From: Bispira polyomma
Lineage: Eukaryota
Direction of reading: 5' to 3'
Assembly (NCBI GenBank): GCA_965649765.1
Contig: OZ287760.1
Coordinates: 2,976,001 to 3,040,000 of the forward strand
DNA length: 64,000 nt
Shown in pieces: positions 13,701 to 27,724 of this stretch (its first letter is position 1; each line of letters starts with the position of its first letter). Both the position numbers and the translations under genes were made by a program. The notes beneath the pieces were generated by a model, which searched no databases, had not been told where the DNA came from, and was given only the letters and a program-made list of their open reading frames with translations.

Positions 13701-14403
13701 TCGTATACATAATACACATTTCTTACAATAAAACAACAAGAAATGAAACAAAGACAAAGAAGAAGAAAATTATACAGCAGTGGTGCAAACAATAGTATGA
13801 ATACCATTTTCTGTAAATGTACAAGTATTTACTTTGAGACTGAATATTTTGAATGTTTACAATGTCATTACTGTTGTAGTCGGTGGCAATTTTTTTTATG
13901 AGAATATTACTGAAATTTGCATAACAAACACAGTCAAAGGGAATATTATAATGATACAACAGATACAAAACCAGGATACCAACTGACACCAGGATGTTTG
14001 AAGAAGTTTCAAGTTTTAAATTACTATTGTAGTGTCAGTGATTATCTGTAGATAGATATTGGCACATTAAATACTGTTATCATTATTATTAAGCGATGTT
14101 GATCTGATCGATTTTGAAGGTGCCTAATTGCTCTTCTAAAGCGTCGACATCATTGGCAAAGTCATAGTTATTTGCCAATGCAAATTCGTGATTGGGAGGT
14201 GATGTAGACAATAAATATGTCTATGGAGGGGTTTGAAAATCACAAATGATTTCCTGGGATGTTGGTTGGTGAATTATTCTATAGTGTTGGTGCTGCAACA
14301 ACAGTTATACTTCTGGTCTATGTGGTGATGATTTTCTCCAGTATTCCACAATATCCCCTTTGTTGCCAAGCCTTACCTAGCCATACTTCAAACTGTAGTT
14401 ATC

Positions 14404-14451
<48 letters not shown>

Positions 14452-17400
14452 TATTTCCAGATTTAAGCCTGAACCTCGTGGCACCCAGTGGTACCACTCT
14501 CACACAGCACTGCAAAGAGGCAATGGACTCTTTGGAGCTTTTATAGTTATACCTGTGAATGAAGCACCTGGATGTAAGTGAAAAATGTGAAATTTTGTTA
14601 GTAACACACTTCCATGGCAACAATGCACCTACGGTCGATCTAAGCCAGTTGTGACTAGGTACAGGAAAATACACAGACAACCTTAAGTGACCGTTGTCTG
14701 TAGTTAGTTCGAGTCGCTAATGGCAGGCTAAATCACTTTGGATGCATTGATACATTAGATCAGTCATCAGCCTGTTCCTTTAGTTAGATGTCATGTTAAC
14801 AAACATGTGCATATATTCCGGACAAACATAACCGATACAACTGTGACATGCATAATGAATTGTGTGTCTGTGCCATCAGCTCCACACATCAAAGTAGGCC
14901 TGTGGTACAGTTAATGGCTAGTATACATCAAAACAAATACTCATCAAAATACACATCAGAAATAAATGTGATACCTTCTGTCATAATAGAAACATTTGAA
15001 TTAGTTTGATGTCGCTTTCACGATGGTCAAATTTCGTATTTTATTTCAACAAGTGAATCGATCCCAAACTTTCTGTCTATTGTTAGACAGTTATTGACAA
15101 TGTGTCTGCATGACTAGAAAGGGAAACTGTGTTGTCAATTGGTATGATTTAATGCTTTCTAATGTTTGTGAGATCAATAGAAATATATGGAAATATATAG
15201 AGTTCACCTGTATAAGACATCAATTCTAGTCATTCTGAAGCAGGCACTTCTGAGCAGTAGACTTCAGCAACCACCTACTGTTACCCTAACTACTAGTCCG
15301 CACCAACCTCCTACTCTTACCACTAGTCCACACCAACCACCTACTCTTACCCTAACCACTAGTCCACACCAACCACCTACTCTTATCCTAACCACTAGTC
15401 CACACCAACCACCTACTCTTACCCTAACTACTAGTCCACACCATCGTCCTACTCTTACCCTAAGCAGTAGTCCACACCAACCTCCTACTCTTACCCTAAG
15501 CAGTAGTCCACACCAACCTACTCTTATCCTAAGCAGTAGGACTCGGCAATCCCTTACTCTTACCAGTAATGATAGCTGTAGTTGAGTTGAGTTTGAGTTT
15601 AACTGCTCTTTTTACAAATATTGTCATATCATGGCGAGCCGGTTTTCAGCGGTGGAGTAAATCAGAGCGTAGTAGTTGGTCAATGTTTTCTGCTCTGCAA
15701 ACTGTTGTTGGAATGCTAGGAATATGATTTGTTTGTGATTTTTAAAGTACCAGTATTCGACAAGGACTTTGTTGCGGTGGTCCATGACTGGCACCATCTG
15801 AGGTGTGATCTAGATTATCACTCAAATTCATACGGATTCAAGACGTACATCAAAGACAACTATAACTCTTCCTGCAGCGATTACCCAGTGGCCACAATCA
15901 TCAATGGAAAAGGTATATGAATACATTTCAGATGTGCAGATCAACTACTGCATGAAGTTCAAAACAGCAAACACAAAAATTAATAAATTCATTATATTTA
16001 ATAGGTTGATGTATATGCAGTATTACTGCGCCTCAAATATAATTGCTCGATCACTGATTAGTGAGAATGCAATTACTATTTGCAAAAGTGAAGACAAGTT
16101 TGACACAGTCTTAGCACATTCTATACACATTCCAATAAATGTAAAAATGTTCCATGCTACTTATTAACTGTTCACCATTGTTACTTACAACATAAACCAT
16201 AACAAACTACAGACAGTTTTAGGTTTTGTTTTTGTATTTTGTCTAGTATTTTAGGTTTTTGTAGGTCATCATCTGGTATTCTTTATTTCTGTATAGTGCA
16301 TTGTTTAGATTTTGTATTGAATCACAATTGTCTCATTGAAAATTATTTCTTTCGGAAAATCTGCACGAATTCCAGTACAAGAGATGTGTGTGCATATGCC
16401 AGCAAGTGTTCCCAAACAAATTTGAAGGGTAAAAATAACAATAATGAAACATTAAAACGGTTGTTACATAAAAAAGCCATTTGTTGTTGATTTTTTTATA
16501 GTTTCTACAAGTGTCCCGTGCTTACCAGTTACCATCCATATCCTAATCTTAGTTTCTACAAGTGTTCCATGCTTGCAAGTTAACATCTATATCATAATCT
16601 TAGTTTCTACAAGTATTCCATGCTTACAAGTTAACATCTATATCATAATCTTAGTTTCTACAAGTATTCCATGCTTACAAGCTAACATCTATATCCTAAT
16701 CTAATCTTAGTTTCTAGAAGTGTTCCGTGCTTACAAGTTAACATCTATACCCTAATCTAAATAATGGCTTTTTAACACACTAACTGTTTTCTCCAGAACT
16801 CAAAGTGACATGACATCCTAATCATTGGCAAAATTGGTAATATGAGAGCATAATCAATGGTGTCCACAAAATAATTAGCCCTGTTAGAAAGACTTAATAG
16901 GTAAAATTAAGGAAATGCTATTAGCTGTCCTGACTAGAAGTCACAGAATATTCCAGGGAGAAGGAACCCTTATAATATACTGAATGTCGAAATGGTTGTT
17001 GTATGGATAGCAGGAATTTGCATATTGCCAACATCTGTCGCTCCTGCTATTACCATATACGCGACATCAAAAGAATCAGAAACCACTTATCCATGGACAC
17101 AGTGATAACTGTGGCAAATGCCCTTGTGAGTAGCCGCCTCGACTACTGCAATTCTCTCTTGTACAGAGCAAACAAGTCACACATTAAAAAGCTTCAGTCC
17201 ATCCAAAACTACCTATGTAGGGTCATTTTTCGCCTGGGTTGTCACACAGACGTCACTCCTTACCTCAAAAAATTACACTGGCTGCCCATTAAATCTCGAA
17301 TTTTGTTTAAAATTCACGTTACCACTTTTAAGGCTGTAGTCACTCAACAGCCACCCTACCTTACCTCGCTTCTTTCTTTCAGTAACCGCAAGAGAGCCAA

Positions 17401-20400
17401 CAGACTCTCCGTCACTTCGGTCAGACCAATCAGAAAGGCGGGTTTCAGAGCATTCTCCACTGCAGCTCCACGGTTATGGAACAGTCTCCCAGTCGACCTC
17501 AGATCAGTTGACACACTTATCGGTTTCAGGAAAAAGCGGAAGACCTATCTTTTTAACCTTGCCTACCCACCTTAGCTTTCCTCGTGCACGCTCCCACTTC
17601 CCTCCTTACGACTTTGCAATTTCCATGCACTTAATGATTATACTAATGATGCTGCTGTTGCGCTTTAGAAGATGCCTAGCATCAATAAAGCGCGTTAAAA
17701 ATCTATAATAATAATAATAATAATATTTTGGAACCTGGAAACAATTGTTATCAAGGTTACTTTTACAAATCACTAAGGATAAACTTTATCAATGTACAGT
17801 TTCTTTGAGATAAACTGGTTGGCCAAAGTGGGTTTTTTTTTTTGTAGTTTGGGGGATGCAGTTTAAAAATAATTTCCGTCATCAATGTAACAGTAATGGA
17901 TCTCACTAAAAGGGCACAGATTATTTATTCCATTTACTGGTTGAAGAAATTGGAAAGAAATCGAGGTTAATGGTTTTCTATTCTGCAAACTACCAACCCT
18001 AGGCAAGCCAATATTTTAACAAATAATAGCTGTGATGGAAGGCAATTCTGTTCCTACTACATCACGCCCTCCACCCATGATTGTACCTTTTAAAATTTTC
18101 TTTTAATATGTCTCTAGTTTTTATTTGGAATCAAAGTTGTATTGTTGTGTTTTTCTAGGTATATTTGGAAGTGAAGACATCAATCCATGCTGGAACATCA
18201 TTACCACCTACAAGGTGAAACGGGGTCTATTCTACAGGTTTCGGTTTCTCAATACAGGAGTCAGATCACCATACGCAATGGAGATAGAAGGGGTAGGAGT
18301 TTCACTTTTTTTTTACCCATAGTCAATAGATTCATTGATTTGTTGGGTGATTTCTAAGTTCAGTTAAATCAAACAATCCCTCACGAAGGAATCAGTAGTG
18401 GGACTGGACTAGATCATCATTGCCCAATATAAACATACCTTTCATATTGACTGTTCAATGGAAGAAAGAATATTCTAGCCTTTTCCTAAAAACATATTAC
18501 AAAACGATTGTATTACTTTAGATTTGTTTTTAACGCGCTTTATTGATGCCAGGCATCTTCTAAAGCGCAACAGCAGAATCAGTGATTCAATCGTAAAGTC
18601 CATGGGCACAGCAAGGTTGTAAGGGTAGGGGGGTTAACAGCTGGTTAATCAGCAAGCAACCAGACTCTGTATTAACCCACCCCGTAGCATCCGGCGGCAA
18701 GGGGCGCAACTCCCTTTCACCCTTCATATGGTGAAGGGTGAAAGGGAGTTTCACAGTCTTTTAGTAAGAAAGTTTGGTTTGGGTCCAGTTCCCACTGTTT
18801 AGATGGGGATGACATTATGATTTTGGGGATGTTATATCTGCTGAGTATCCTAAACATAGTCAAGGTAAATGGTCTGTGTGGTGAAGTAAAGATGGCAAAA
18901 GAGGTGGATGGTTTAAAAACAATACCAATTTTTTTTTTATACCAAATTTTTTCGAACCCGATTAGCTGCTTCAATATGGATGCTACAGTCCAATTGGAGA
19001 GGATCTGTCACTTTATTGAGGATTTTGTTTACAGACTGCCATAGTTTCCTTGAATCTGTGCTGTTTTTTGGAAATGACAAAATCCTGACATTCTCTTCTA
19101 ACCATTTGAAAGGAAACTATTGCGATGGTGACAGCAGCTCTGTAATACAATCCCAACTGGTATAATTTTGTCATTTGCAGCACGACATGCTGGTGATAGA
19201 CTCTGATGGCAGCCCTCTGCGACCTTTTCGTGCAGATTATGTGGTAGCTCACATTGGTGAAAGGTACGACGTCATGATCAGATCCATCGCACCAGTAAAC
19301 AATTACTGGATCACATTCCGAGGGTTGTCATCTAGAGGTTTTGTAAGTAAAAATACAAAATACAATAGTAAAACTACCTGACTGGTATATATATCAAAAA
19401 TAAATGGGACGAAAGAGGATCATCAATACAAGAATAACACAACACAGTCTGAAAAGGCCCCAAAATATTGAAAATTCACGGCAAATTACACGATACAAGC
19501 GAAAGCTAAGTTAGGAGTTGTGAGCTTGAAGAATTAGCTTCAAATACAAACTTCTTCCACTCTAATAATCTGGGTTTGTACACAATAACATTGCATAAAG
19601 CTTGTATTTTTTTTATATATAGAACGTTTTCAACAATTGATGGATTAATTTATTTACTATGACAACACTAAAACAATCAAAAACTCAAAACAGTGTATTG
19701 TGACGTTTCGAAACCTTCCACTATCACGTCATAATGTAAATCTAAAAGTATAGAGTTTGTACCTTATATAATTAACTTCAAATTTGTATGTATAAACCAC
19801 TAAAAATCGAGTGTAATATCCTATTATGTAGTTTACGGTTTATATTTTATGTTGACCACAATATTTTATCACTTTACTATCCGAAATATAGTGCTAAAGT
19901 TTTTATATGCACATTTACGGGCGCCGGGTGATACGGTTTAATGTATCACCCAGCTTGTATCAAGCACGAAAACGTCATACTGACGTCACAGTAGATAATA
20001 AAATACAATCCAATGTAAGTATCTCTGTCCGGTTCAGCTGTATTTGCAACAGCATATCACTATTGTTTTTCCTAAATGTTTTATTTGCGGAAGCGATTCA
20101 AGAGGCTATGCACATAACCACATATAATGAAATACATGTTTGTATTATATGATATGATATAGCAGCCAGCCAGTAATACAATCAAAGAATGAAGTCCTAC
20201 AAACAGTAGTGTAGCAATAGTATTGTACACAGATATAGCATTTTGAAAGTTTTCAGTGTACCACAGATTTTAAATTTTAAATACACAACTAGTATTAACA
20301 CAGTATGTGTTATTATAAGCACGTTTGATTGGTATCAAAATAAGTCCATGTGGAAAAAGGTCAGTTTTTTGATAATTTGCTTAACTCTTGTATTGAACTG

Positions 20401-23400
20401 TATAGGTTATTTGATAGGTGACGGTGAAATAGCGGTTTATATATTACTGAAGGCATATTTGAAGCTCACTCCATGAACCACTACTTACTACTTATTTATT
20501 TATAACCCTCTTAGTTGTATGTGTTAAGGCAGTCAAATATATTTGACATATATACAACATTTCTAATATTATTTTGTTTCTTCTATGTTCATTATCACAT
20601 GCTCTATTTATTTATTAGTATCACATGATTTCCATACATGTTAATAATATTTTTGTCATTGATGTATTTTTATGTGTATTTTATATTTGAATTTTTAGAA
20701 TGGACAGGTTGGCTATGCCATTTTACAATACGAGGGAGCGGATCCCAAAAGATTACCATCAAATCGCCGAAAGAATTGTACGGCCAATGAAAAGTGTATT
20801 GTGGCGAATTGTTTGAACAAGTAAGATCTCCACATATATAAAGAAATGTCTTGACGTATAAACAATATTGATATCTAACTCAAATACTGCAATATGTTTA
20901 TAGTAGAAGTCCAATGCCAATTATTAGTGTACTGAAACTACATAGTTGTAATATTAACTATTATACTGTTTGCTTTGCAGTATTTTGCAATAGTTTGCAC
21001 GGTAAGATGACACTTCTATTATTAGATATATATTGTTCGATGTTGCCCCAATATTTACAGTGTAAGTACTTTCATGTGTCAATTAACCTGGCTTTATTTC
21101 ATTTATCCAACCATAAACTCTGTTTGTATCTTTCTTTTGAATTATTATCAATAACATTAAACTTCAGTGTGCCAACCAGAAACATGTGGTTGTTTTTGTA
21201 AGGCGATTAGAAAGGACCTGTACCAAAAATTTAAAAAGCCATGTGTTATCTGGGAGTTAGTTAAAATGTATTTTTAAAGCATTTATCTGGCACCAAATTA
21301 ATATTGCATCACTCAAAGCACTTGTTTTCTCAGAAGGGATCAATATACATCACAGGATTCTTTGTCATTTGTAGGCAATGGAGTGTCCACATGATGTTGC
21401 AGATGTTGTCGCCCCAGTAACCACTAAGGCTCTTCTTGCAGTCAAACCGCTCACCTTCTAATCCTAAATCAATTCCGCAAGTATGGGATACTACATGTTT
21501 TGTTTTTTGTAAGAGCCACACCAATCTTATATTGTAGAGAGTTTGTTCCGGGTGCTGACAACTACACTTGTATCAGTATTGGAGACATGACTTCCACTGG
21601 ACAGTACAACTACTTTGATATCCCTGACACAACTAATGACAACCAGTCCATTCAAGTGGAAGATCAGTTCCTTGTATTTGGATTTACTAGTATGTTTAGT
21701 TTGGTTTAGTTTGGGTTTAAACGTTGAGTGGTGAAATTCACCGAAGCACGGTAGTTTAGAGAACACTTTTTCGCTTTGCAAACCACCAGCCACGTTCTAT
21801 GGATCTAAGCAAGCTGAACGGATCCATGTAATCGATACAATTTCAATAGGATATGTTGACACAATTTACAAGTTCTGTCAGACTAACAGTGCCTTGCGGT
21901 ACATGATATGGAACGTTAAGTGGTGCAGAGAAACCTTTCAGTAAGTGTCACCTGTTAACTTTCCCACATGCACAGCAGAAAGAGTATTCAAGCCCATGTA
22001 TGCAGTGATGGTAAGGAAGGTGTTACAAATTCACCACTATAGTCACCCTGGCAATATGGGAGACGTAGCCTAAAACACTCAGAAATCAATGCATTAATAA
22101 TCAATGTAAAAATATGTAATACAATAATGTAGTCAATTTGTTATTCAAGGTAAGTAGTTCAAGTGTGTCCACTAGTTTGACGTATATTATGCATAAACAT
22201 ACCATGTGTAAGGCTGATTTGTATATGTATTGTCAAGTGGCCCTATGAGATGTTTTTTTTGGGGGACTAGGTTAATGAAAAAGTGTCTTTAAAATGGTGG
22301 TAAGTAAACTTCCTCAGAAGGGAATTTTTTTTTAAAAAAATATAAACATTAACCTTATATTTTGCAGATGCTGGATTCCCAGAGTCGTCAAAGGCTTCCA
22401 TAGACGCCATATTTTTTGAAGTGCCCTCAAAACCCCCACAGGTATGTAACCAAATAGTATAGTATGTTTTCAAATGTTGGGCATAAAAATGGGTTTTAGA
22501 CATTTATGAATGTATACCTCTGCCATTGTAAGATTGTAAGAAGTTTAAGCAAAAGCTCTTATATAAATACTAGTTATCGACCAATCGTTCACAAGTTGTC
22601 TTGGGATGAGTAGAACTGTAACAATGTTACCTTATTTTATGTCTGTTGATCTCATCTAATTTTTCAAATATTTAAAGAGTCTAACCATATAATTATAATA
22701 GTACATCCTTCTAAATTAGTTGTCCGAATACAAAAAGTATATATATCAAAGTGAATATAGTTAGCATAAATTATGCATATTAAAACATGTAAGGAAGCCT
22801 TTTACATAAATTGTTGAAAATATTAATTTGTTAATATATACATAATTATGATATTAGCTAGTGTCAGAAAATCAAGGAGCTCTGTATTTCATACAATTCG
22901 TTAAAAGCAGCTATATAATGCTAACGACTTTATTAAGTGTTATTTCCATTACATATTGAACAGGTTTTCAGAGAGGTTGACTTTGACAATCCATGCAATA
23001 TTACGGAGTGCATCTCTAAGCCGTGTAAATGTACCCACATGATAAAAGTGACCAAAGGCGCTCTCATATATATGGTGTTTGCCGCTACAGCTGGGGGTAA
23101 GAGTCATATTTCATTTCTCTTAACACCTACTTGATGTACATGTTTTACCTAATAGCCTGTATGCCTGAGACTTGACTAAACAGCAAGGATACCTCATCAT
23201 TCTTTACTGAAATAGCGCCGTCTCCCTACAAGTTAGTAATACAAGTTCCTTCATGATCAGCCTTTACCGAAAATTCTTTCTGAATTCCTTGAAACCCACC
23301 ATTTTACCGGGTGCCAAATAGTTTGCATTAGAACTTTTTTGCACACAAATATATATTGTAAAAAAAAACATACTGAAAAAATGCATGCCTGCATCAAGTA

Positions 23401-24949
23401 ATATATATAAGTGTCACTCAAACTAAGTGATATGAATAGTGCAATATAGTGGAGTCCACAAACATTAACAATCATGGTCATTCAAAGTGATCAAAAACAT
23501 TTGTTTCAAAGTCACTACCTTTTTGTTAGAGGGATACACCATTTTAAACTTTTCCTGGGGCCATATTCACGAAAGTTCTTAGCCAGGGCGTAGGCTTAAA
23601 ACTGAGACTTTTGTCTTAGTATGAGCATCATTAACAAAATAAACTTTAAGTCAGGTATGTCCTGGGGTTAACTTTACAACAATTGTAAATAATATTTGTT
23701 TTCCCTTTGGGAGATCCATATATGCCTAAATAATGATATGTTATATTGGTATTTGTGAAAAATGTGAAATAATTGTGCAGTATTGTAAACCATATCAAGA
23801 CTTTTATTTCAACATATTCTGAGCTAAGCCTACTTTTATGAATATCATTAAATCCCCAAACTATGCTAAAACAAAATTCTTAGATTTAACACTGGACTTT
23901 TAGCTAAGTCTGAGACCTTTTGTGAATAACACTAAATCTCTATTGGGACAACCTTTTCAATTCCAGTTTATAGGTATGTCTTGATATTGAAAAAAGTTTA
24001 GCCAAGAAAGGTCTAGTGTATACATATTTTACCTGACTCGCCTCCCCCAAAAATACACCCAACAAAAATTGCTTACTGATCCTGCTTTGTTGAAAGAGGT
24101 TATAATTTTCACCCTGCAGTAAGGACTAGTCTCTTGAATTCCGCTGATTAGGAACACGTTGCCTGATTTTCGGAAGTTTTATTTTATTTAGCAATAGTCG
24201 ATTACACAGTCAATTTTCTCTTTCAGATCACCCAGTACACATGCATGCCCATGATTACCAAGTTGTTAAAGTGGTCTATGGCCAAAACACGTAAGTCAAA
24301 GCAATATATTTTACTTTAAATACAACAACATGCATACATATATTAGAATTATTTATTCATTTAAACATTATCTTAATGATACAACATTCTCTGAAGCACT
24401 CTTGCCCGACAACGAGCTTGCACATGGATATATTCCTCAATATTTATTCATCCATACACATGATGGTGTATTGGCATAAAATTAAGAGCTATAGTTACAC
24501 AGCACAAAAACAGTACACTGTAGAGTGGACAGTAATGGAATATTTATTGCATCACAGTTGATTTGCAGTTTAGTAAGGCTGGACAAAATCAAACACATGT
24601 AGTATATAATCTAGTGACAAAATATTTCTGAGGTCAACTAAATAAGAATAATAATAAACCACTATTTGTACAACATGTTCAAGAGCCCTACAGAATAAAT
24701 GTCCCCCAGTATAAATGATACATTATCGAAAGTTATTTTATACCAAAAAATTTTCAAAGATGTTTTGAAAGCAGTAAATTGTTTCCAGAGTTCTAATGTT
24801 TTCTGGCAGCTGGTTCCATAACAAAAATCTGTCTCTGATATTAGTTTTTCCCTCCTTCTTTTGAAATACTGTTACAGACAACACAATTGATGGTCCCACT
24901 GAAGACCACTAACTAAGTCTTAAGTGCCATAGCACAAAGTCTATCATTG

Positions 24950-25011
<62 letters not shown>

Positions 25012-27530
25012 TTCAATGACATTTTTATTTGAACCAACAGAAATGGTCTACACCCAGACCTTACCTGCACTGCCAGCGATCCTAACGATCCTAACCGCTG
25101 TATTCAGGCCAACTGGACCAATAGCGCCTGGTCTGGAGGCAATGTACCTGGGATTAACATTGTGAACCCCCCGGAGAAGGACACAACTGTGGCTCCAGGA
25201 GGAGGTTACCTTGTGGTCAGGTTCAAGGCCGACAATCCAGGTGAATGCAATAGTAATGTGGATTTATATCAATATGACACGAAATGTTTTCTAGTTGTTT
25301 TTTTTCTAATTTACACAGAATCAGATTCTGTCAGAAATGTGATTCCTAATTATGATCACGTTTAAAGTTTACACTTTTTCATCTAATAATTTTGTGTACA
25401 CATCAAAATGTTTTTGTTTGTTATTTGATGCAATGTTAACACATTGTTTGGTTCCTATGAAACTGTTAAAGGGTACCATTATACCCATTTAAAATGATAA
25501 GAACAAGTCAATTCTAGAGGCATTACTCCCAGCAGCATTTGTTGGTAAACTGTTAGATTGAATTATATTATATAACAAAAGAAAAATATTGGAAACCTGT
25601 GACTCCCAGCTTGGGTTCAAAACCAACCATTCTACTACATGCATACATAATGTTTTATATCCAATCAAGTATGTTAAACTGTTTACAGTCTTATTTGACA
25701 GAAGCTGGTGTTCTCTTATTTGTAGGTTTTTAGGTACATTAACTTGGTTGTTTTATTGGTAATTTGTGCACTTGGGTATGCTGATGATACTGTTTTATGA
25801 GCCCCTACGGTTAATTCTCTGAAAAATTTACTTAAAATTTGTGAAGAATTTTATGCCAAATTTGATGTATTGTTTAATCCTTGTAAATACCTACTCCTGC
25901 TTTATGCTACTGATGGAAAACCCATAGAGAGTATTGTATATAATATTAAAATTATTAAATGTAACATTAGTACAAGTCACCTGGGTCATGTTCGAGAGGT
26001 GTACATATGAATAATAAGTTGACATAACAGGGTATTACTAATTTCATTGTATATTTTAATGGTCTTGTGTCCAATTTTTCAAAAGCTCATGTGGATGTAA
26101 AATATAAACTATTTTTAATGTCATTTACGGTTGCCAAATTTGGCTTTATATCTATAATTCTATGGCCAGATTATTAGTGTAAGTTACTTAATACATCCAA
26201 AATGAAACACAGTCTGTGACGATATAACCGGTAGAGTTACAGTTTTTTAAGCGATGAAGTAATCAATTTATTAATCATTCAAGGCAGAGTGATAATAAAT
26301 GTGTACAAATTTGTATCAAATTAACAATTAATGGGAGTTGTTCTAGTGAATGTAACAATATCAATACTATAGCTCAATGTCTGTGTTGCAATAGAGGCTG
26401 AGTTTTAAAAAGTCCTAGTTATTTTAAAAGCATTACTCGTCATGATACAATTGATGTAGGTGATGTAATATTTATTTGGTGTCACATTGTTCGTCTTATT
26501 CTATTGATTCAGATGGATCAGTTTTCAAAAAATTGGACAATCATAATGTTGATGGGTCTGGAATATGAAGTTGTATTTGCCATCGCATATGAAAGGCTAT
26601 TGATATGAAAGGCTATTGATGTTAAAGTAGATGCTATCTCCATGTCCTACTTTTGGTGAACAAGGGATATAATCACAGACCTTTTACCCATATTATTTCC
26701 TTTAATGACCTTTAGGCAATCATTATAATGCCTCAAACAAAAACATATTTCAAAATATCATCCTTGAATTTTCAAGAACCCTTTGTCCTCAGAGGTGAAA
26801 TGCTAGTGATATTAAAACAGGTACTTCTATAACAACTACATCACTGTGTCACTTCTCGCCTGCATGAGATGATGCACCCTAACTAACTTAATTAACAAAC
26901 TGTTGCAGGTTGGTGGATGCTGCACTGCCACATTGAGTTCCACCTGGAGGACGGGATGGGACTTATTATGCAAGAAGGGGAGCCGGAAGACATGACGCCG
27001 CCTCCCCCAGGTTTTGCTACCTGTGGCAGCTTCAAACATAGAGAGGTATTGTTTTGTATGATATTTACATGGTGTAGTGATATTTGCATGCTGTAGTGGT
27101 AACTCAGTCACTCACCAAACACTGCAGTTTTGAGTTTGAATCTCGTCTCTGGTGTGTATGTGGGGAGGTTAGCAGTAGATTTACTCAATTTTGATGGTTT
27201 TGCAGAAAAGTAAACAAAAACATAGTTTGGATTTCATGTCACTTTCAACACGTTTTTTTGTCATATCATGGCCGGCAGTTCATTAGTGGATGAAATCAGG
27301 GCTGGGTAGTTGATAAAGGTTCATCTGCTATGCAAACTGTTAAGTCCACTGTCACATACATAATATCAAATATCAAAACAATGATGACAGAGATGTTAGA
27401 CGAGTGTGTTACCTCTGTAGCTTCAGTCATGTAATAGCCTATGTACGTATTTACTGTATGCCAAGCAATTGGCCATATATAGAACACGCTACTCAATGAC
27501 TTATTATATATAACACAGATATTTCATTGA
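10725..27530 (+). CDS. Laccase-like three-domain multicopper oxidase (multi-exon; first coding exon not located)
   Basis: Phase-consistent GT-AG exons: 10725-10835, 12190-12276, 12597-12843, 14461-14573, 15748(or 15754)-15912, 18159-18292, 19181-19342, 20699-20820, 21538-21689, 22368-22441, 22964-23096, 24227-24290, 25041-25240, 26909-27045, and a tentative 27519-27530. The joined frame has no stop. Motifs HWHG, WYHSH, HPVHMHAH and HCHIEFHLEDGM. Confidence 0.92.
10832..11100 (+). repeat. 33-bp minisatellite (~8 units) starting at a laccase splice donor
   Basis: Unit approximately AAGGTATGTACCAAAAGGTATGACATAATACAT. Confidence 0.9.
12597..12843 (+). CDS. Laccase exon with Cu motif L1 (IHWHG..GTPWMDGV..VTQCPI)
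   Basis: TTTCAG acceptor, AG|GTAGG donor, canonical multicopper oxidase domain-1 sequence. Confidence 0.95.
14461..14573 (+). CDS. Laccase exon with Cu motif L2 (GTQWYHSH..QRGNGLFGAFIV)
   Basis: TTTCCAG acceptor and GTAAGT donor; phases match the neighbouring exons. Confidence 0.95.
15265..15560 (+). repeat. 27-36-bp minisatellite in a laccase intron
   Basis: Unit ACTAGTCCACACCAACCACCTACTCTTACCCTAACC. Confidence 0.9.
16499..16760 (+). repeat. ~51-bp tandem repeat, 5 copies
   Basis: Unit TAGTTTCTACAAGTRTTCCATGCTTACAAGTTAACATCTATATCATAATCT, with starts at 16499, 16550, 16601 and 16652. Confidence 0.9.
17015..17723 (+). mobile_element. L2/CR1-clade LINE 3' fragment in a laccase intron
   Basis: ALVSSRLDYCNSLL, LHWLP, RAFSTAAPRLWNSLP and KTYLF; 3' tail ...GCATCAATAAAGCGCGTTAAAAATC followed by (TAA)n. 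Confidence 0.92.
18505..18750 (-). mobile_element. Short non-coding element carrying the L2 3' tail (SINE-like); second copy at 51001-51220
   Basis: It shares the reverse complement of the 17657-17703 tail, but the upstream body differs from L2 ORF2 and is near-identical to 51021-51216. Confidence 0.7.
23557..23930. mobile_element. MITE (GGGCCATATTCACGAA..TTGTGAATA ends), related to 39858-40285
   Basis: Imperfect terminal inverted repeats; internal CTTAGCCAGG..AGACTTTTGTCTTA shared with the 39.9-kb copy. Confidence 0.6.
24227..24290 (+). CDS. Laccase exon with Cu motif L3 (HPVHMHAH)
   Basis: TTTCAG acceptor and GTAAGT donor; phase 1/2 matches the neighbouring exons. Confidence 0.92.
25740..26460 (+). 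mobile_element. Highly degenerate non-LTR (CR1/L2-group) RT 3' fragment
   Basis: Remnants ADD..L..PT..SL..LL.ICE.F..FDV.FNP.K, HLGH and YGCQIW, with many stops. Confidence 0.6.
26909..27045 (+). CDS. Laccase exon with Cu motif L4 (GWWMLHCHIEFHLEDGM)
   Basis: TTGCAG acceptor; follows the ...VRFKADNP exon; the T1 axial ligand is Met. Confidence 0.95.
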
Positions 27531-27724
27531 CGTTAGGGACAATACAGTAGTAGTAAAGGAATAGAAGCAAATCATCTGTAAAGTTAATGTAATAACACAA
27601 GGTTCTAATGTTATTGAGAATATTGATGCTGCAAACTTAGATTAGTGGTACAACTTGAATATTATAAATGCACCACTGTTTTTTATGTAAAAATAAAAAC
27701 CTTTAGTTCTTTAGTAAGGCTATC

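Noticed and set aside
15187-15585. 132-aa T/S/P/H-rich mucin-like ORF
   Set aside because: It is the translation of an intronic minisatellite with unit lengths divisible by 3; the flanking laccase exons join in phase without it.
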